From Eubacteriales bacterium (GTDB taxonomy: Bacteria > Bacillota > Clostridia > Oscillospirales > CAG-272), in contig JAZSMZ010000067.1 in NCBI GenBank assembly GCA_045536155.1, positions 1 to 43,378 of the forward strand: 43,378 nt of DNA, written 5' to 3'. This document shows positions 1 through 9,356 of the stretch, piece after piece. The notes under the pieces are model-generated. The model was not told the origin of the DNA. It did not search any database and saw only the letters and a list, made by a program, of their open reading frames with translations. Positions within the stretch are counted from its first letter, which is position 1. Each line of letters opens with the position of its first letter. A program made the position numbers and the translations under genes.

Positions 1-93
1 AACGAGCTTGTAATGTCGCTTGACAAAAAGTACAAGGGATTCAAGCACCGCGCATTCGGTGCCATACAGAAATCGCATATCGACGGTTATTGA
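1..93 (+). CDS. 3' end of an unidentified CDS entering from the left edge (...KKYKGFKHRAFGAIQKSHIDGY*)
   Basis: Frame 1 is open from the window edge to TGA at 91-93. A hairpin plus T-run follows at 118-149. Confidence 0.3.
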   Translation, partial: NELVMSLDKKYKGFKHRAFGAIQKSHIDGY

Positions 94-117
94 TCATTAT
101 TATATTAAATACAAATC

Positions 118-149
118 GCTCCGCGGTATTTTGCCCCGGAGCTTTTTTT
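118..149 (+). terminator. Rho-independent terminator
   Basis: gctccg...cggagc stem followed by a run of 7 T. Confidence 0.55.
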
Positions 150-293
150 GCTGTCATTTAATACTTTTTTATATTTTTCAAAAATTTTTTTATTTTTTTG
201 AAAAATATAAAACCGATTCGATTTTTCATTCCCCTTTATGAGTGTAAGGCAAAAACAAAAAACAAAAATGCCAAAAAAGAGAGGATTAAAAAA

Positions 294-833
294 ATGACAA
301 ACTACGAAACCATGAACAACACTACCCGCACCGCAAACACAAACACCGCCGCAAGAGGCGAAAGAGCAAGACAGATGAACGCCGAATACGCCGCAAAAAA
401 AGCAGCCGCAAATCAGGCCAACGCAAGAGTTGAGATTTTAGATAAAGAGAAAGAAACGGAAGATAATTCCCTTGTAACGATCTGGGCAACCATCCGCTTT
501 ATCTGCCACTTCCTTCCCATCCTGACCTCCATCGCAATGCTCATCGCATACACCTGCAATCCTTCCAATTTCGTTGCCGACTACATACTCGTGCCCATCG
601 CTTTCATCGGCTGGATCGCAGCTATCATCGCAAAACCGTTCGCCATTATCAAATCGGTATTCAGCATCTCCTGGAAGATATTCAAGTTCTTCTTCTGTAT
701 GCCCGTATTCCTCGTAAGCACCACCGCAGCCTTCGTAGCCGGCATTGTTAGTTTCGGCATCCTTACCATGATCGCTGTTTTCGCGCCCGCAGTATTCACC
801 ATCATCCTTCTCATCAAGGAAATGAAGGAATAA
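294..833 (+). CDS. Small integral membrane protein, function unknown
   Basis: ATG at 294 lies 8 nt after an AAGAGAGGA RBS. The N-terminus is hydrophilic and Ala/Asn-rich, followed by 3-4 hydrophobic helices. No family recognised. Confidence 0.6.
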   Translation: MTNYETMNNTTRTANTNTAARGERARQMNAEYAAKKAAANQANARVEILDKEKETEDNSLVTIWATIRFICHFLPILTSIAMLIAYTCNPSNFVADYILVPIAFIGWIAAIIAKPFAIIKSVFSISWKIFKFFFCMPVFLVSTTAAFVAGIVSFGILTMIAVFAPAVFTIILLIKEMKE

Positions 834-845
834 ATAATACACCAT

Positions 846-874
846 TTGACACGATCCGATCGGTATGATATAAT
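846..874 (+). promoter_or_regulatory. SigA-type promoter (TTGACA-17-TATAAT with TG extension)
   Basis: TTGACA at 846-851, 17-nt spacer ending in tga, TATAAT at 869-874. It lies about 210 nt upstream of the sigma-factor gene. Confidence 0.5.
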
Positions 875-1085
875 ATATACGTCTGTGTTATATAAACAGA
901 GGTTTTAACAAATGACAACGACAAACAATGAAACCGCACTTTGCCCCATAGCGCCCAGAAAGCATTTTTTGCACATCATCTTCCATAAAGACCAAAAAGC
1001 GCATCCCATGCCTGAAAATTGGGCAAGCTTGATTCTCAAAATAATACTTTCCGCATTAAACCGAAGATAATAAAGGAGAAAAGCC

Positions 1086-3095
1086 GTGGACAGCCGCGAA
1101 TTAAAGGAAGTCGTCTTGCGCGCACAAAAAGGCGACAGCACAGCAATAGAGAAATTATATACCGAATTTTACGAGAGCGTTTTCTATTTTGCAAAGAAAA
1201 CGCTCCGCGATGACGAACTCGCATGTGATATCACGCAGGAGACCTTCATGGAGGTCATCCGCACGATTGACAAGCTTGAAGCTCCCGAGGCCTTTGCATC
1301 GTGGATACGTCAGATAACCTATCATCAGTGCACCCGCCATTTTAAAAAGAAAAAGGACGTGCTTGTCGACGAGGACGAAGATGGCAACAGCGTATTCGAC
1401 AATCTCGAGGACGAGGACACTCCCGTACCCGAAGAGGTGTGCGAAAACGAGGAGTTCCGTTCGACCATTCTCTCAATAGTCGATACCTTGAGCGAGGAGC
1501 AGCGTTCCGCCGTCCTGCTTTTCTATTACGACGAGCTTCCCATCTCTAAAATCGCCGAAATGCAGGGCGTATCCGAGGGCACTGTAAAGAGCCGTCTTAA
1601 CTACGCGAGAAAGGCGATTCGAAGCGGTGTTGAGCAATACGAGAAAAAGACCGGCACCAAGCTCTACGCCATTCCCTTTTTGCCCCTTATCCGCATCTTC
1701 TTCAGTGCACCCGAAGCGATGGCCGCATCTCAAAGCGCTGCTATCGGCGGTGCAGTATCTGCTGCGGCTTCTGCCGCGGCTACGACAGCCGCGATTGCAG
1801 GAGCATCGGGCAGTGCGGCAACTGCGGCCGCAGTCGGAATTACAGCCAAGCTTGCCGCTATACCCTTCGGCGCAAAAATTTTCGCCGCTGTGCTCGCTCT
1901 GTCGGTAACGGTCACTGCAGGTGCCGTTATTGTAAGCAATACCAAGACACCGTCCGATATCGATAACAGCGACATCGCCGTAGAAAGCACCGTTGAGCCT
2001 GAAACCGACGTTCTTACGACCGAGCCACCCATTGAAGAAGCCACCGTTGAAGCCGAGCCCGAAGAAACGCGCGACACTCATCCTGACAGCGATTCAAACG
2101 GAATGTGTGACAACTGCGGAGAATATCTCTGCGCGCTCTATCTTGCTCCCCACACTACCAACTACGAAGACCGCATATATGATGAGATCTGCGATGTATG
2201 CGGATATTACGCCGGAGGTGCCATGGGATGGGATGAAGAGTATTCCCACGACGATGCCGACGGTGACGGAATTTGCGATTGCTGCGGCGAGCGCAGCTGC
2301 GACATTCCTATGTTGGAAGCAAATGGCGGTATAGATGCCGACGGCGACAACATCTGTGACTTATGCGATCGCTACATGTGCGATTTCCACAGCAAAAAGG
2401 TATTTCACAAGGACATCGATGCCGACGGCATGTGTGACAGCTGTCCGCACAGCATCTGCGCACACGGATACGTCGATCACACCGATCAAAACGGCGACAG
2501 AACTTGTGATATCTGCTATGCCATTGTGCCCACTCCCATCGTAGATGAGGAGGAAACCGCCCTTGCCGAAACGGAAATAATTGTTGAAGAAACGATCGAA
2601 GAAGCCGAAACAGAGCCGGCTGTTGATGAAATCGCGACTGAAACTGCCGAAACAGAAGAGGCAATCCCCGACGATATGGCACAAATGATACCCTGCTGTC
2701 TTACCGCCCACGTCGCACCCACTCTCACCATTGAAAACGATATTCTGACCATTAAAAACAACGCGTGGGCACTTGACGAAGGCAATCACACCTCCTGCAA
2801 CTACGAGATATTAGTCAACGGAAACACGATATTTATCCCCAACGAAAGACTCGGTATGCTTTGCAACTACGTCAGGGTTGACGACACCTTCAGCTTCTCC
2901 CTGCTTGACTATTATGCCACAACCAATGAAGGGCTCAACGTCATCACCGTTCAGCCAAGCTGTGTCGGCGATGTTAATAACGGATACCTATACTGCACGT
3001 ATCTTGATCAAAACGGATACGGCGGAATCTCATCCACCATTGAATACTACCGCAACGACGGTGCCGTTGAAACAGTGGAAGATATCGAAGCATAA
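1086..3095 (+). CDS. ECF-type sigma-70 family factor fused to a transmembrane segment and a large Cys/Asp-rich extracytoplasmic domain
   Basis: GTG start 7 nt after AAGGAGA. Region 2 (DITQETFMEVIR...WIRQITYHQC) and region 4 HTH (LSEEQRSAVLLFYYDELPISKIAEMQGVSEGTVKSRLNYARKAIR) are recognisable. An Ala-rich linker and TM helix span aa 255-285. Six D-x-D-x-(D/N)-G-x-C-D-x-C repeats span aa 333-478. Confidence 0.85.
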   Translation: MDSRELKEVVLRAQKGDSTAIEKLYTEFYESVFYFAKKTLRDDELACDITQETFMEVIRTIDKLEAPEAFASWIRQITYHQCTRHFKKKKDVLVDEDEDGNSVFDNLEDEDTPVPEEVCENEEFRSTILSIVDTLSEEQRSAVLLFYYDELPISKIAEMQGVSEGTVKSRLNYARKAIRSGVEQYEKKTGTKLYAIPFLPLIRIFFSAPEAMAASQSAAIGGAVSAAASAAATTAAIAGASGSAATAAAVGITAKLAAIPFGAKIFAAVLALSVTVTAGAVIVSNTKTPSDIDNSDIAVESTVEPETDVLTTEPPIEEATVEAEPEETRDTHPDSDSNGMCDNCGEYLCALYLAPHTTNYEDRIYDEICDVCGYYAGGAMGWDEEYSHDDADGDGICDCCGERSCDIPMLEANGGIDADGDNICDLCDRYMCDFHSKKVFHKDIDADGMCDSCPHSICAHGYVDHTDQNGDRTCDICYAIVPTPIVDEEETALAETEIIVEETIEEAETEPAVDEIATETAETEEAIPDDMAQMIPCCLTAHVAPTLTIENDILTIKNNAWALDEGNHTSCNYEILVNGNTIFIPNERLGMLCNYVRVDDTFSFSLLDYYATTNEGLNVITVQPSCVGDVNNGYLYCTYLDQNGYGGISSTIEYYRNDGAVETVEDIEA

Positions 3096-3127
3096 ACAGC
3101 GCGTTGTTATAATCCTCTCACAACGCG

Positions 3128-3162
3128 AAAAAAAGACAGAGAAAATTTTCTCTGTCTTTTTT
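3128..3162. terminator. Bidirectional terminator
   Basis: Perfect palindrome agacagagaaaa/ttttctctgtct, flanked by an A-run and a T-run, between convergent genes. Confidence 0.7.
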
Positions 3163-3164
3163 AT

Positions 3165-3887
3165 TTACTTAATATCCGATACTGTAAATCTCGCCTCAAC
3201 TCCGACACTGCCGTCCTCGTTTTGAGTGGAGAAAAAGTAATCGTTTCCGTCGCTTCCCATGAGTATGAACACGTCCTTATCATAGGGAGCTTCGTGTATG
3301 TAGCTTATCACAAATGACTCAACGCGCTTGTTTTCGATACCGTCGATAGAAGAAGCAAGCATATCGGGATAGTTGGTGTTGTTCATGTGACGGTTTAAGT
3401 CACAATCGCCGTATCCGATGTGTCTTTGGCTGACCTTTGTAAGTGCCGGCTCCTTGGGAAGTCGGAACCTTATGGGAAAAGGAAGCTCGAGCGGCTCTTC
3501 GGTATCGAAATTCAGCTTAAGCTCCTCAACTCGGCAAAGACGTCGGTCACTAAGATCGACAAGCGCCCAAACGGTCATCATCTCGGCGACAAGCTCATCT
3601 CCTCTCTTTATTCTCGCACAGCGGGTAAAGGAGGTCAGCTTGCTCGGGCATGCCCACGTTTCAACGGTGATCTCGTCATACGCGTGTAGCGGAATGGGAT
3701 TATTTACCCCGACTCGGCACAGTATAAATGCCTTGCCGCTTTTTCGCAGATCTTCGTTGGACGGTCCGAGATTGTGAAGCTGCTGATTTGCCGCCTCCTG
3801 CATATAGCGGACTATAAGAGAAGGACGGACGTTGCCGTTTAAATCGATATCATGCGCGCTCACGCGCATTTTTTCGGTCCAAACCAT
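3165..3887 (-). CDS. Acyl-ACP thioesterase
   Basis: 240 aa with a FatA/B-like double hotdog signature (MVWTEKMRVSAHDIDLNGNVRPS..., second half HIGYGDCDLNRHMNNTNY). Confidence 0.8.
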   Translation of the reverse strand: MVWTEKMRVSAHDIDLNGNVRPSLIVRYMQEAANQQLHNLGPSNEDLRKSGKAFILCRVGVNNPIPLHAYDEITVETWACPSKLTSFTRCARIKRGDELVAEMMTVWALVDLSDRRLCRVEELKLNFDTEEPLELPFPIRFRLPKEPALTKVSQRHIGYGDCDLNRHMNNTNYPDMLASSIDGIENKRVESFVISYIHEAPYDKDVFILMGSDGNDYFFSTQNEDGSVGVEARFTVSDIK

Positions 3888-3899
3888 GTTATATTTAAA

Positions 3900-4862
3900 T
3901 TAGAGGGTATTCTGGGATCCGAGAACGTTGACGATCTTGTGGGTAACCATCTTCTTAACCTCTTCGCGAGCAACCTTGAGATATTCTCTGGGGTCGAAAG
4001 CGGAGGGCTTTTCGGTAAGAACGCGGCGGATACCTGCGGTGAATGCAAGGCGGATATCGGAGTCGATGTTGATCTTGCAAACTGCGCTGGTAGCGGCACG
4101 GCGAAGCTGCTCTTCGGGAATACCTACTGCATCCGGAAGTGCGCCGCCGCGAGCGTTGATCTCTTCAACACATTCCTGAGAAACGGAGGATGCGCCGTGG
4201 AGAACGATCGGGAAGCCGGGGATTCTCTTTTCGATCTCTGCGAGAATGTCGAAACGGAGCGGAGGGGGAATAAGAATGCCCTTTTCATTTCTGGTGCACT
4301 GTGCGGGAGTAAACTTGTATGCGCCGTGAGAGGTACCGATGGAGATTGCGAGAGAGTCAACGCCGGTGCGGGATACGAAATCCTCAACCTCTTCGGGACG
4401 GGTGTAGGAAGAATGCTCTGCAACCACGTCATCTTCAACGCCTGCAAGAACGCCGAGCTCACCTTCAACAACAACGCCGTGAGCGTGTGCATACTCAACT
4501 ACCTTTTTTGTAACGGCGATATTCTCTTCGTAATCGAAGTGAGAGCCGTCGATCATAACGGAAGTGAAACCGTTGTCGATACAAGCCTTGCAGATCTCGA
4601 AATCTGCGCCGTGGTCGAGGTGGAGAGCAAAGTCAAGACCGTTGGTGTCCTTAACTGCAGCCTCTGCAAGACCGATAAGGTAGTCGGGCTTTGCATACTT
4701 TCTTGCACCTGCGGATACCTGCAAAATAACGGGAGATTTATTTTCGATAGCGGCTTCGGTGATAGCCTGGATAATCTCCATGTTGTTGATATTGAATGCG
4801 CCTATTGCATACCTGCCTTCGTATGCTTTTTTGAACATTTCGGTAGTTGTTACCAATGCCAT
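3900..4862 (-). CDS. fba: Class II fructose-1,6-bisphosphate aldolase
   Basis: MALVTTTEMFKKAYEGRYAIGAFNINNMEIIQAI...VILQVSAGARKY...LHLDHG...VMIDGSH are typical FbaA motifs. Confidence 0.92.
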   Translation of the reverse strand: MALVTTTEMFKKAYEGRYAIGAFNINNMEIIQAITEAAIENKSPVILQVSAGARKYAKPDYLIGLAEAAVKDTNGLDFALHLDHGADFEICKACIDNGFTSVMIDGSHFDYEENIAVTKKVVEYAHAHGVVVEGELGVLAGVEDDVVAEHSSYTRPEEVEDFVSRTGVDSLAISIGTSHGAYKFTPAQCTRNEKGILIPPPLRFDILAEIEKRIPGFPIVLHGASSVSQECVEEINARGGALPDAVGIPEEQLRRAATSAVCKINIDSDIRLAFTAGIRRVLTEKPSAFDPREYLKVAREEVKKMVTHKIVNVLGSQNTL

Positions 4863-4994
4863 AATAAATACACTCCTATAATTTGCTCATAACGAGCTTT
4901 CATTTACACAGCATTGTACTATATTTTTTCACTTAAATCAAGCATATTTTTTGAATATAGCCGTCAAAAAATGAAATTCACATATTTTTAACAA

Positions 4995-5396
4995 TCATCC
5001 GATAGCTCCGTTGTCGGGTACTGTTTCTGTCGGCACAAGACCGAAGCTTACCGATATCGCCTCGTCGACCTGCCGCATAAGGGCGTCGTCGAGATGTCCC
5101 ATCTTTTCTTTAAGACGCCGTTTGTCTATCGTGCGTATCTGCTCGAGCAAAATCACCGAATCGCGCTGAAGTCCCGCGCCGTCGCCGTCGATCGAGCAGC
5201 TTGCGCGGCTTACCTCTATATGAGTGGGCAGTTTGACCTTGTCGATCCTGCTCGTTATCGCCGCCGCAATGACGGTCGGACTGTATCGGTTGCCTACATC
5301 GTTTTGAACGATGAGTACGGGGCGCACTCCTCCCTGCTCCGATCCGACAACGGGGCTGAGATCGGCATAGTAAATATCTCCTCGGGTTATGTTCAT
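4995..5396 (-). CDS. mazF: MazF/EndoA-type mRNA interferase toxin
   Basis: [49 protein letters not shown]...[17 protein letters not shown] is nearly collinear with B. subtilis EndoA (NdoA), from memory. ATG at 5396 lies 7 nt after GGAGA. There is a C-terminal tail of about 17 aa beyond EndoA length. Confidence 0.9.
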   Translation of the reverse strand: MNITRGDIYYADLSPVVGSEQGGVRPVLIVQNDVGNRYSPTVIAAAITSRIDKVKLPTHIEVSRASCSIDGDGAGLQRDSVILLEQIRTIDKRRLKEKMGHLDDALMRQVDEAISVSFGLVPTETVPDNGAIG

Positions 5397-5830
5397 TTTC
5401 ATTTCTCCGTTTTCAATGTAAAGCATTTAAAGGCATTTTCACGATCCCTTCACTGTTATTTTCTCCCGCTTCGGCGTTTTTAAACACAAAGACAAAAACT
5501 GACAAAAGTATATTTTTCTCGCTTTGTGCAACAATAGTATTGCGACCGAAAAAGTGACGAAAAATGAAAAAACGAAAGGAGTCTTCGCCTGTATTTTACC
5601 CCTAAGCGAAGACGGTGACAGAAAAATGTTTGAAAAAGAGACGTTTGCACCATATGCAAAGCGCGTATACCGCGATATCTCGCAAAAATACTGCTCGCGC
5701 ATAGACGACAACGTAATAATCGTACGAAATACGGCTCAAAATCCGGCGCATTACGAGTGCCTTTCCTCCCACCTATGCCCCTCAAACACGAGCTGTACCA
5801 TAAGCAAGCTGCCCGACAACAAATTCGAGT

Positions 5831-5870
5831 AAAAAAACAATGCGTGTCACATGACACGCATTGTTTTTTT
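5831..5870. terminator. Bidirectional terminator
   Basis: 14-bp stem aacaatgcgtgtca/tgacacgcattgtt, flanked by an A-run and a T-run. It sits just downstream of lnt. Confidence 0.8.
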
Positions 5871-7488
5871 ATTTTACTTTTTTCTTATTATTTACCGGTT
5901 TGGCATCTTCTTTTTTGTCGTGTTGTACGAAGGTATATTTGAATGCAATAAATACACCCATCAAGATTGCCGAAAAGAACACGATCACGTTGCCCACTCT
6001 CGCATAGGGAGTTGCGCTGTTTGTAAAGACTATATCCTCGCAGATATATCCTTCTTTGAGCGCATCAACGCTCTTGATCACCTCACCTGTGGGAGAGATA
6101 ATGCTTGAAACACCCGTGTTTGCCGCGCGAAGCAGATACCGACCGTTCTCAACGGCGCGAAGGACAGCGTGCTTGTTATGCTGATACACCGCCGCCGAAT
6201 CGCGATACCACGAATCGTTGGTGGAAAGCGCTATAAGCTGTGCGCCGTCGCGCACCGAATCGCGCACGATGCTGTCGTATATCGAATCAAAGCAGATAAG
6301 TCCGCCGATCTTGCCGTAAACTGTGTCGAATATCTCGCTGTCAGAGCCTGCTTCAAGATCGTTTTGCATAATATTTACATCTGAAATTGTCGGCAGAACA
6401 GACGTTAAAAGTCCGCCCATCGGCATATATTCGCCAAAAGGAACGAGCTTGCGCTTGGAATACACCGTTTCGGACACACGTCCGTCGGGCAGGAACAGAT
6501 ACTGGGAATTGTAGGTTTTCTCTCTTCCCTCTCCGTCGGTTTTATTTGAAAACGTACCGACAACGATATAAGCATCGCATTCGACCGAAAGCTCAGATAT
6601 CTGATTTTTGATCACCTCGGCGGAGTCGATCTGCACGTTTATTACCGTTTCTGGCCAGACGACGATCTTAGCCCCGTTTTCTTCAACGGCTTTCCTTGTC
6701 AGATCGCAATATATATCACAGCAATCGCGTACAGAATACGATTTCCACTTTTCAACCGACGAGATATTGCCCTGAATTACCGCAACGGGGATATCCTCGC
6801 CGTCATCGACGTAATAGAGCATGAAAAACAGTCCGAAAAGGAAGTTGAGCGCCATGACCGATGCGCCTATTGCGGCGGCAACGTTGGGCTTGAACTTGAA
6901 TTTTTTCCTCTCCTTTTCCTTGCGAGCTTCAATGTGCTCGCTTTCACGCAAAAATCCGAGCGCGAAGCAGGCATTCGAAAAGGCGATCATAAACCCAATA
7001 AAGAGTGATCCGAAAAGGGCTGAGCCCTGGATCATCTGTCGGCAGGCGACCTGCGAAAGGGCGAGACGGAAAAAGGGAATTCCCGCAAATGTAAGGCTTT
7101 GCGCCCACTCGAGAATGGTCCATAATGCCGCCAGCATAACGGGATACAGCCATCTCTTTTTGCCCTTGGCAAGACGGAAAAGCGGAGAGATAAGAGCCGT
7201 TCCCAAGCTTTGTATAAGAGCAAAACCGATCCAGCCCGCAGCGCAGACGAGCGCACCCTCAGACGGGCTGAGTCCCGCGAAATCCATCGGATAAAGGGCT
7301 ATAAACCAATGATAGAGCACGCCGTAGTATCCGAGCGAAAATACGAGTCCGTGTCGGTACTTCGGAGTGTCCTTTATTAAAACATAGAAAAATGGCACTA
7401 TCGATATCCAAGCAAGCCACCACAGCGAATCGAATATGAAAGGCAGAGCGGTAAGTATGCCCGATATCAGACAAATCAAATAACTCAA
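5869..7488 (-). CDS. lnt: Apolipoprotein N-acyltransferase
   Basis: Polytopic N-terminal half plus a CN-hydrolase domain (VVWPETV, KRKLVPFGEYMP, GGLICFDSIY). TTG start 6 nt after GGAGA. Confidence 0.8.
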   Translation of the reverse strand: MSYLICLISGILTALPFIFDSLWWLAWISIVPFFYVLIKDTPKYRHGLVFSLGYYGVLYHWFIALYPMDFAGLSPSEGALVCAAGWIGFALIQSLGTALISPLFRLAKGKKRWLYPVMLAALWTILEWAQSLTFAGIPFFRLALSQVACRQMIQGSALFGSLFIGFMIAFSNACFALGFLRESEHIEARKEKERKKFKFKPNVAAAIGASVMALNFLFGLFFMLYYVDDGEDIPVAVIQGNISSVEKWKSYSVRDCCDIYCDLTRKAVEENGAKIVVWPETVINVQIDSAEVIKNQISELSVECDAYIVVGTFSNKTDGEGREKTYNSQYLFLPDGRVSETVYSKRKLVPFGEYMPMGGLLTSVLPTISDVNIMQNDLEAGSDSEIFDTVYGKIGGLICFDSIYDSIVRDSVRDGAQLIALSTNDSWYRDSAAVYQHNKHAVLRAVENGRYLLRAANTGVSSIISPTGEVIKSVDALKEGYICEDIVFTNSATPYARVGNVIVFFSAILMGVFIAFKYTFVQHDKKEDAKPVNNKKKVK

Positions 7489-7506
7489 ACTATTTCTCCG
7501 TTTTGC

Positions 7507-8439
7507 TTAAAACTCTTTTAAAAACCACATTTTGTCGGCATTGGGCTCTATTTCATAAGTTTTGCCGTCAAGGATAAGTTTATACGAGTAGAGAGACTGA
7601 TATTTATATCCGCGGCGCTTGTCGTCGCGATTTACGCCGTATTTGCCGTCGCCGAGCAGCGGATGACCGATCGACGCCATGTGAGCGCGGATCTGGTGAG
7701 TGCGTCCAGTTTCAAGCTCTACCTCGAGAAGGGAAAGATCACCCTTTTCGGCAAGCACTTTATATTTTGTGATGATGGTCTTGACGTCGCGCATACCGTT
7801 CGGCTTATTTTTGTAAACGGTTACCTGCTTTTCCTCGCTGTCCTTGGTCAGATATCCGACAAGTCGGTCGCTCTTTTTCTCCATCTTACCGTGGACGGCG
7901 CAGAGGTAGAATTTTCTGATCTCGCCATTTTTGATCTTCTCGTTTATTCTTCTGAGAGTGGGCGCGTTCTTTGCCGCGATAACGATTCCGCCTGTATTGC
8001 GGTCGATACGGTTGCAAAGTGCGGGAGAAAAGCTGTTTTCGGCATCGGGATCGTACTCGCCCTTGCGGTAAAGGTAAGCCTTGACGTGCTCGATAAGAGT
8101 GTCGGCAACCTCTCCGTCCTCGCCGCTGTGCGCGAGCACACCGGGCTTTTTATCAAGCAAAAGGAAGTTTTCGTTCTCGTATACTATATCGATCTTCGGC
8201 ACTATTACCTTGCAGGCATCGTCCTTATTTTCCGAGAAGAATTCCTCCGCAATAAAAAGCTGAACCGTATCGCCGACACAAAGCATCTGCGATATCTCGG
8301 CACGCTTGCGGTTGACCTTTATCTTTTTTATGCGGATAAATTTATACATCAGCGCCTTCGGAAGAAGGGGGATCGCTTTTGAAAGAAATTTGTCAAGGCG
8401 CTGGCCCGCATCGTTTGAATTTATTTCTAAAATTCTCAT
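7507..8439 (-). CDS. RluA-family 23S rRNA pseudouridine synthase (RluD/RluC-like)
   Basis: N-terminal S4 domain, catalytic NRIDRNTGGIV motif, and HQIRAHMASIGHPLLGDGKYG. Confidence 0.85.
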   Translation of the reverse strand: MRILEINSNDAGQRLDKFLSKAIPLLPKALMYKFIRIKKIKVNRKRAEISQMLCVGDTVQLFIAEEFFSENKDDACKVIVPKIDIVYENENFLLLDKKPGVLAHSGEDGEVADTLIEHVKAYLYRKGEYDPDAENSFSPALCNRIDRNTGGIVIAAKNAPTLRRINEKIKNGEIRKFYLCAVHGKMEKKSDRLVGYLTKDSEEKQVTVYKNKPNGMRDVKTIITKYKVLAEKGDLSLLEVELETGRTHQIRAHMASIGHPLLGDGKYGVNRDDKRRGYKYQSLYSYKLILDGKTYEIEPNADKMWFLKEF

Positions 8440-8457
8440 CTTATTTTTCCATTCGTG

Positions 8458-9324
8458 TCAGTTTTCTGCCTTTTTTTCGAGCATATAGCTGTAGACTGCG
8501 TTTTTCGAAAGTCCGCGATCGCGGGCGACCGCCTTGACCGATGCCATTCTTTCCATACCCGAATTAAGGTAGAACTCGACGTGCTCTTCTATACTCATGT
8601 CCTCCCAAAAGCCCTTTTCCTCGCCCGCTCCTTCAATTACGATGACGTATTCACCGCGGCTCTCGCGATTTTCAAAGAGCTCGACCGCTTCTTCGACGGT
8701 TCCGCGCCATACCTCCTCATTGAGCTTTGTCAGCTCGCGGCAGAGGGCGATGCGGCGGTGAGGCATGGCCTCGTGCATGAGCGATACCGTTTTCTTTATC
8801 TCGTGGGGAGATTCGTACATTATAACAGTGCGCTTTTCCTTTGCCAGATTGGCAAAGAATTCGCGTTTGGCATTGGTGTTTCCCTCGGGGAATCCCTCAA
8901 AAACAAATCTTCTGGTATCGAAACCCGAAAGGGTGAGTGCGCATATCGCCGCGCAGGCACCGGGGACCGATGTCACGTTGATGCCGTTTTCTATGCAGAG
9001 GCGTGTAATATCTGCACCCGGATCGCTGATGCAGGGAGTGCCGGCATCGGTGACGAGGGCGCACGATTCGCCGTCGAGCAGACGCGATGCGATCTTCGCT
9101 CCGCACTCGCGCTTGTTGTGCTCGTGATATATCACCATCGGCTTTGATACTCCGATAGCCGACAAAAGCTTGGCGCTGACGCGGGTATCCTCGGCCGCGA
9201 TAAAATCAACTCCGGCGAGTATCTTCTCACCTCGGTATGAAAGATCGGACAGATTTCCGATCGGGGTGGCAACGAGATAGAGTGTACCGCCTTCTATTTT
9301 ATTCTTTTCTTTAACGTCGTTCAT
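8458..9324 (-). CDS. rsmI: 16S rRNA (cytidine1402-2'-O)-methyltransferase
   Basis: LYLVATPIGNLSDLSYRGEKILAGVDFIAAEDTR tetrapyrrole-methylase-fold signature. Confidence 0.9.
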   Translation of the reverse strand: MNDVKEKNKIEGGTLYLVATPIGNLSDLSYRGEKILAGVDFIAAEDTRVSAKLLSAIGVSKPMVIYHEHNKRECGAKIASRLLDGESCALVTDAGTPCISDPGADITRLCIENGINVTSVPGACAAICALTLSGFDTRRFVFEGFPEGNTNAKREFFANLAKEKRTVIMYESPHEIKKTVSLMHEAMPHRRIALCRELTKLNEEVWRGTVEEAVELFENRESRGEYVIVIEGAGEEKGFWEDMSIEEHVEFYLNSGMERMASVKAVARDRGLSKNAVYSYMLEKKAEN

Positions 9325-9356
9325 TTTTATCTCCGAAATTTCAGAAAAATATATTT

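Noticed and set aside
912-1070. 52-aa ORF (MTTTNNETALCPIAPRKHFLHIIFHKDQKAHPMPENWASLILKIILSALNRR) in the leader of the sigma-factor gene
   Set aside because: It has a weak RBS at a 9-nt spacing and no recognisable features. It may simply be 5'-UTR. It would be worth re-checking only if conserved.
3852-4892. 346-aa + strand ORF
   Set aside because: It is fully antisense to the unmistakable class II aldolase gene. The sequence is low-complexity with no motif, so it is a shadow ORF.
5439-5711. 90-aa minus-strand ORF as a candidate MazE/EndoAI antitoxin upstream of mazF
   Set aside because: It has no RHH or AbrB-like pattern, is hydrophobic and Phe/Ser-rich, and lacks an RBS. It ends 13 nt before the longest possible mazF start, but it does not resemble any antitoxin I know.
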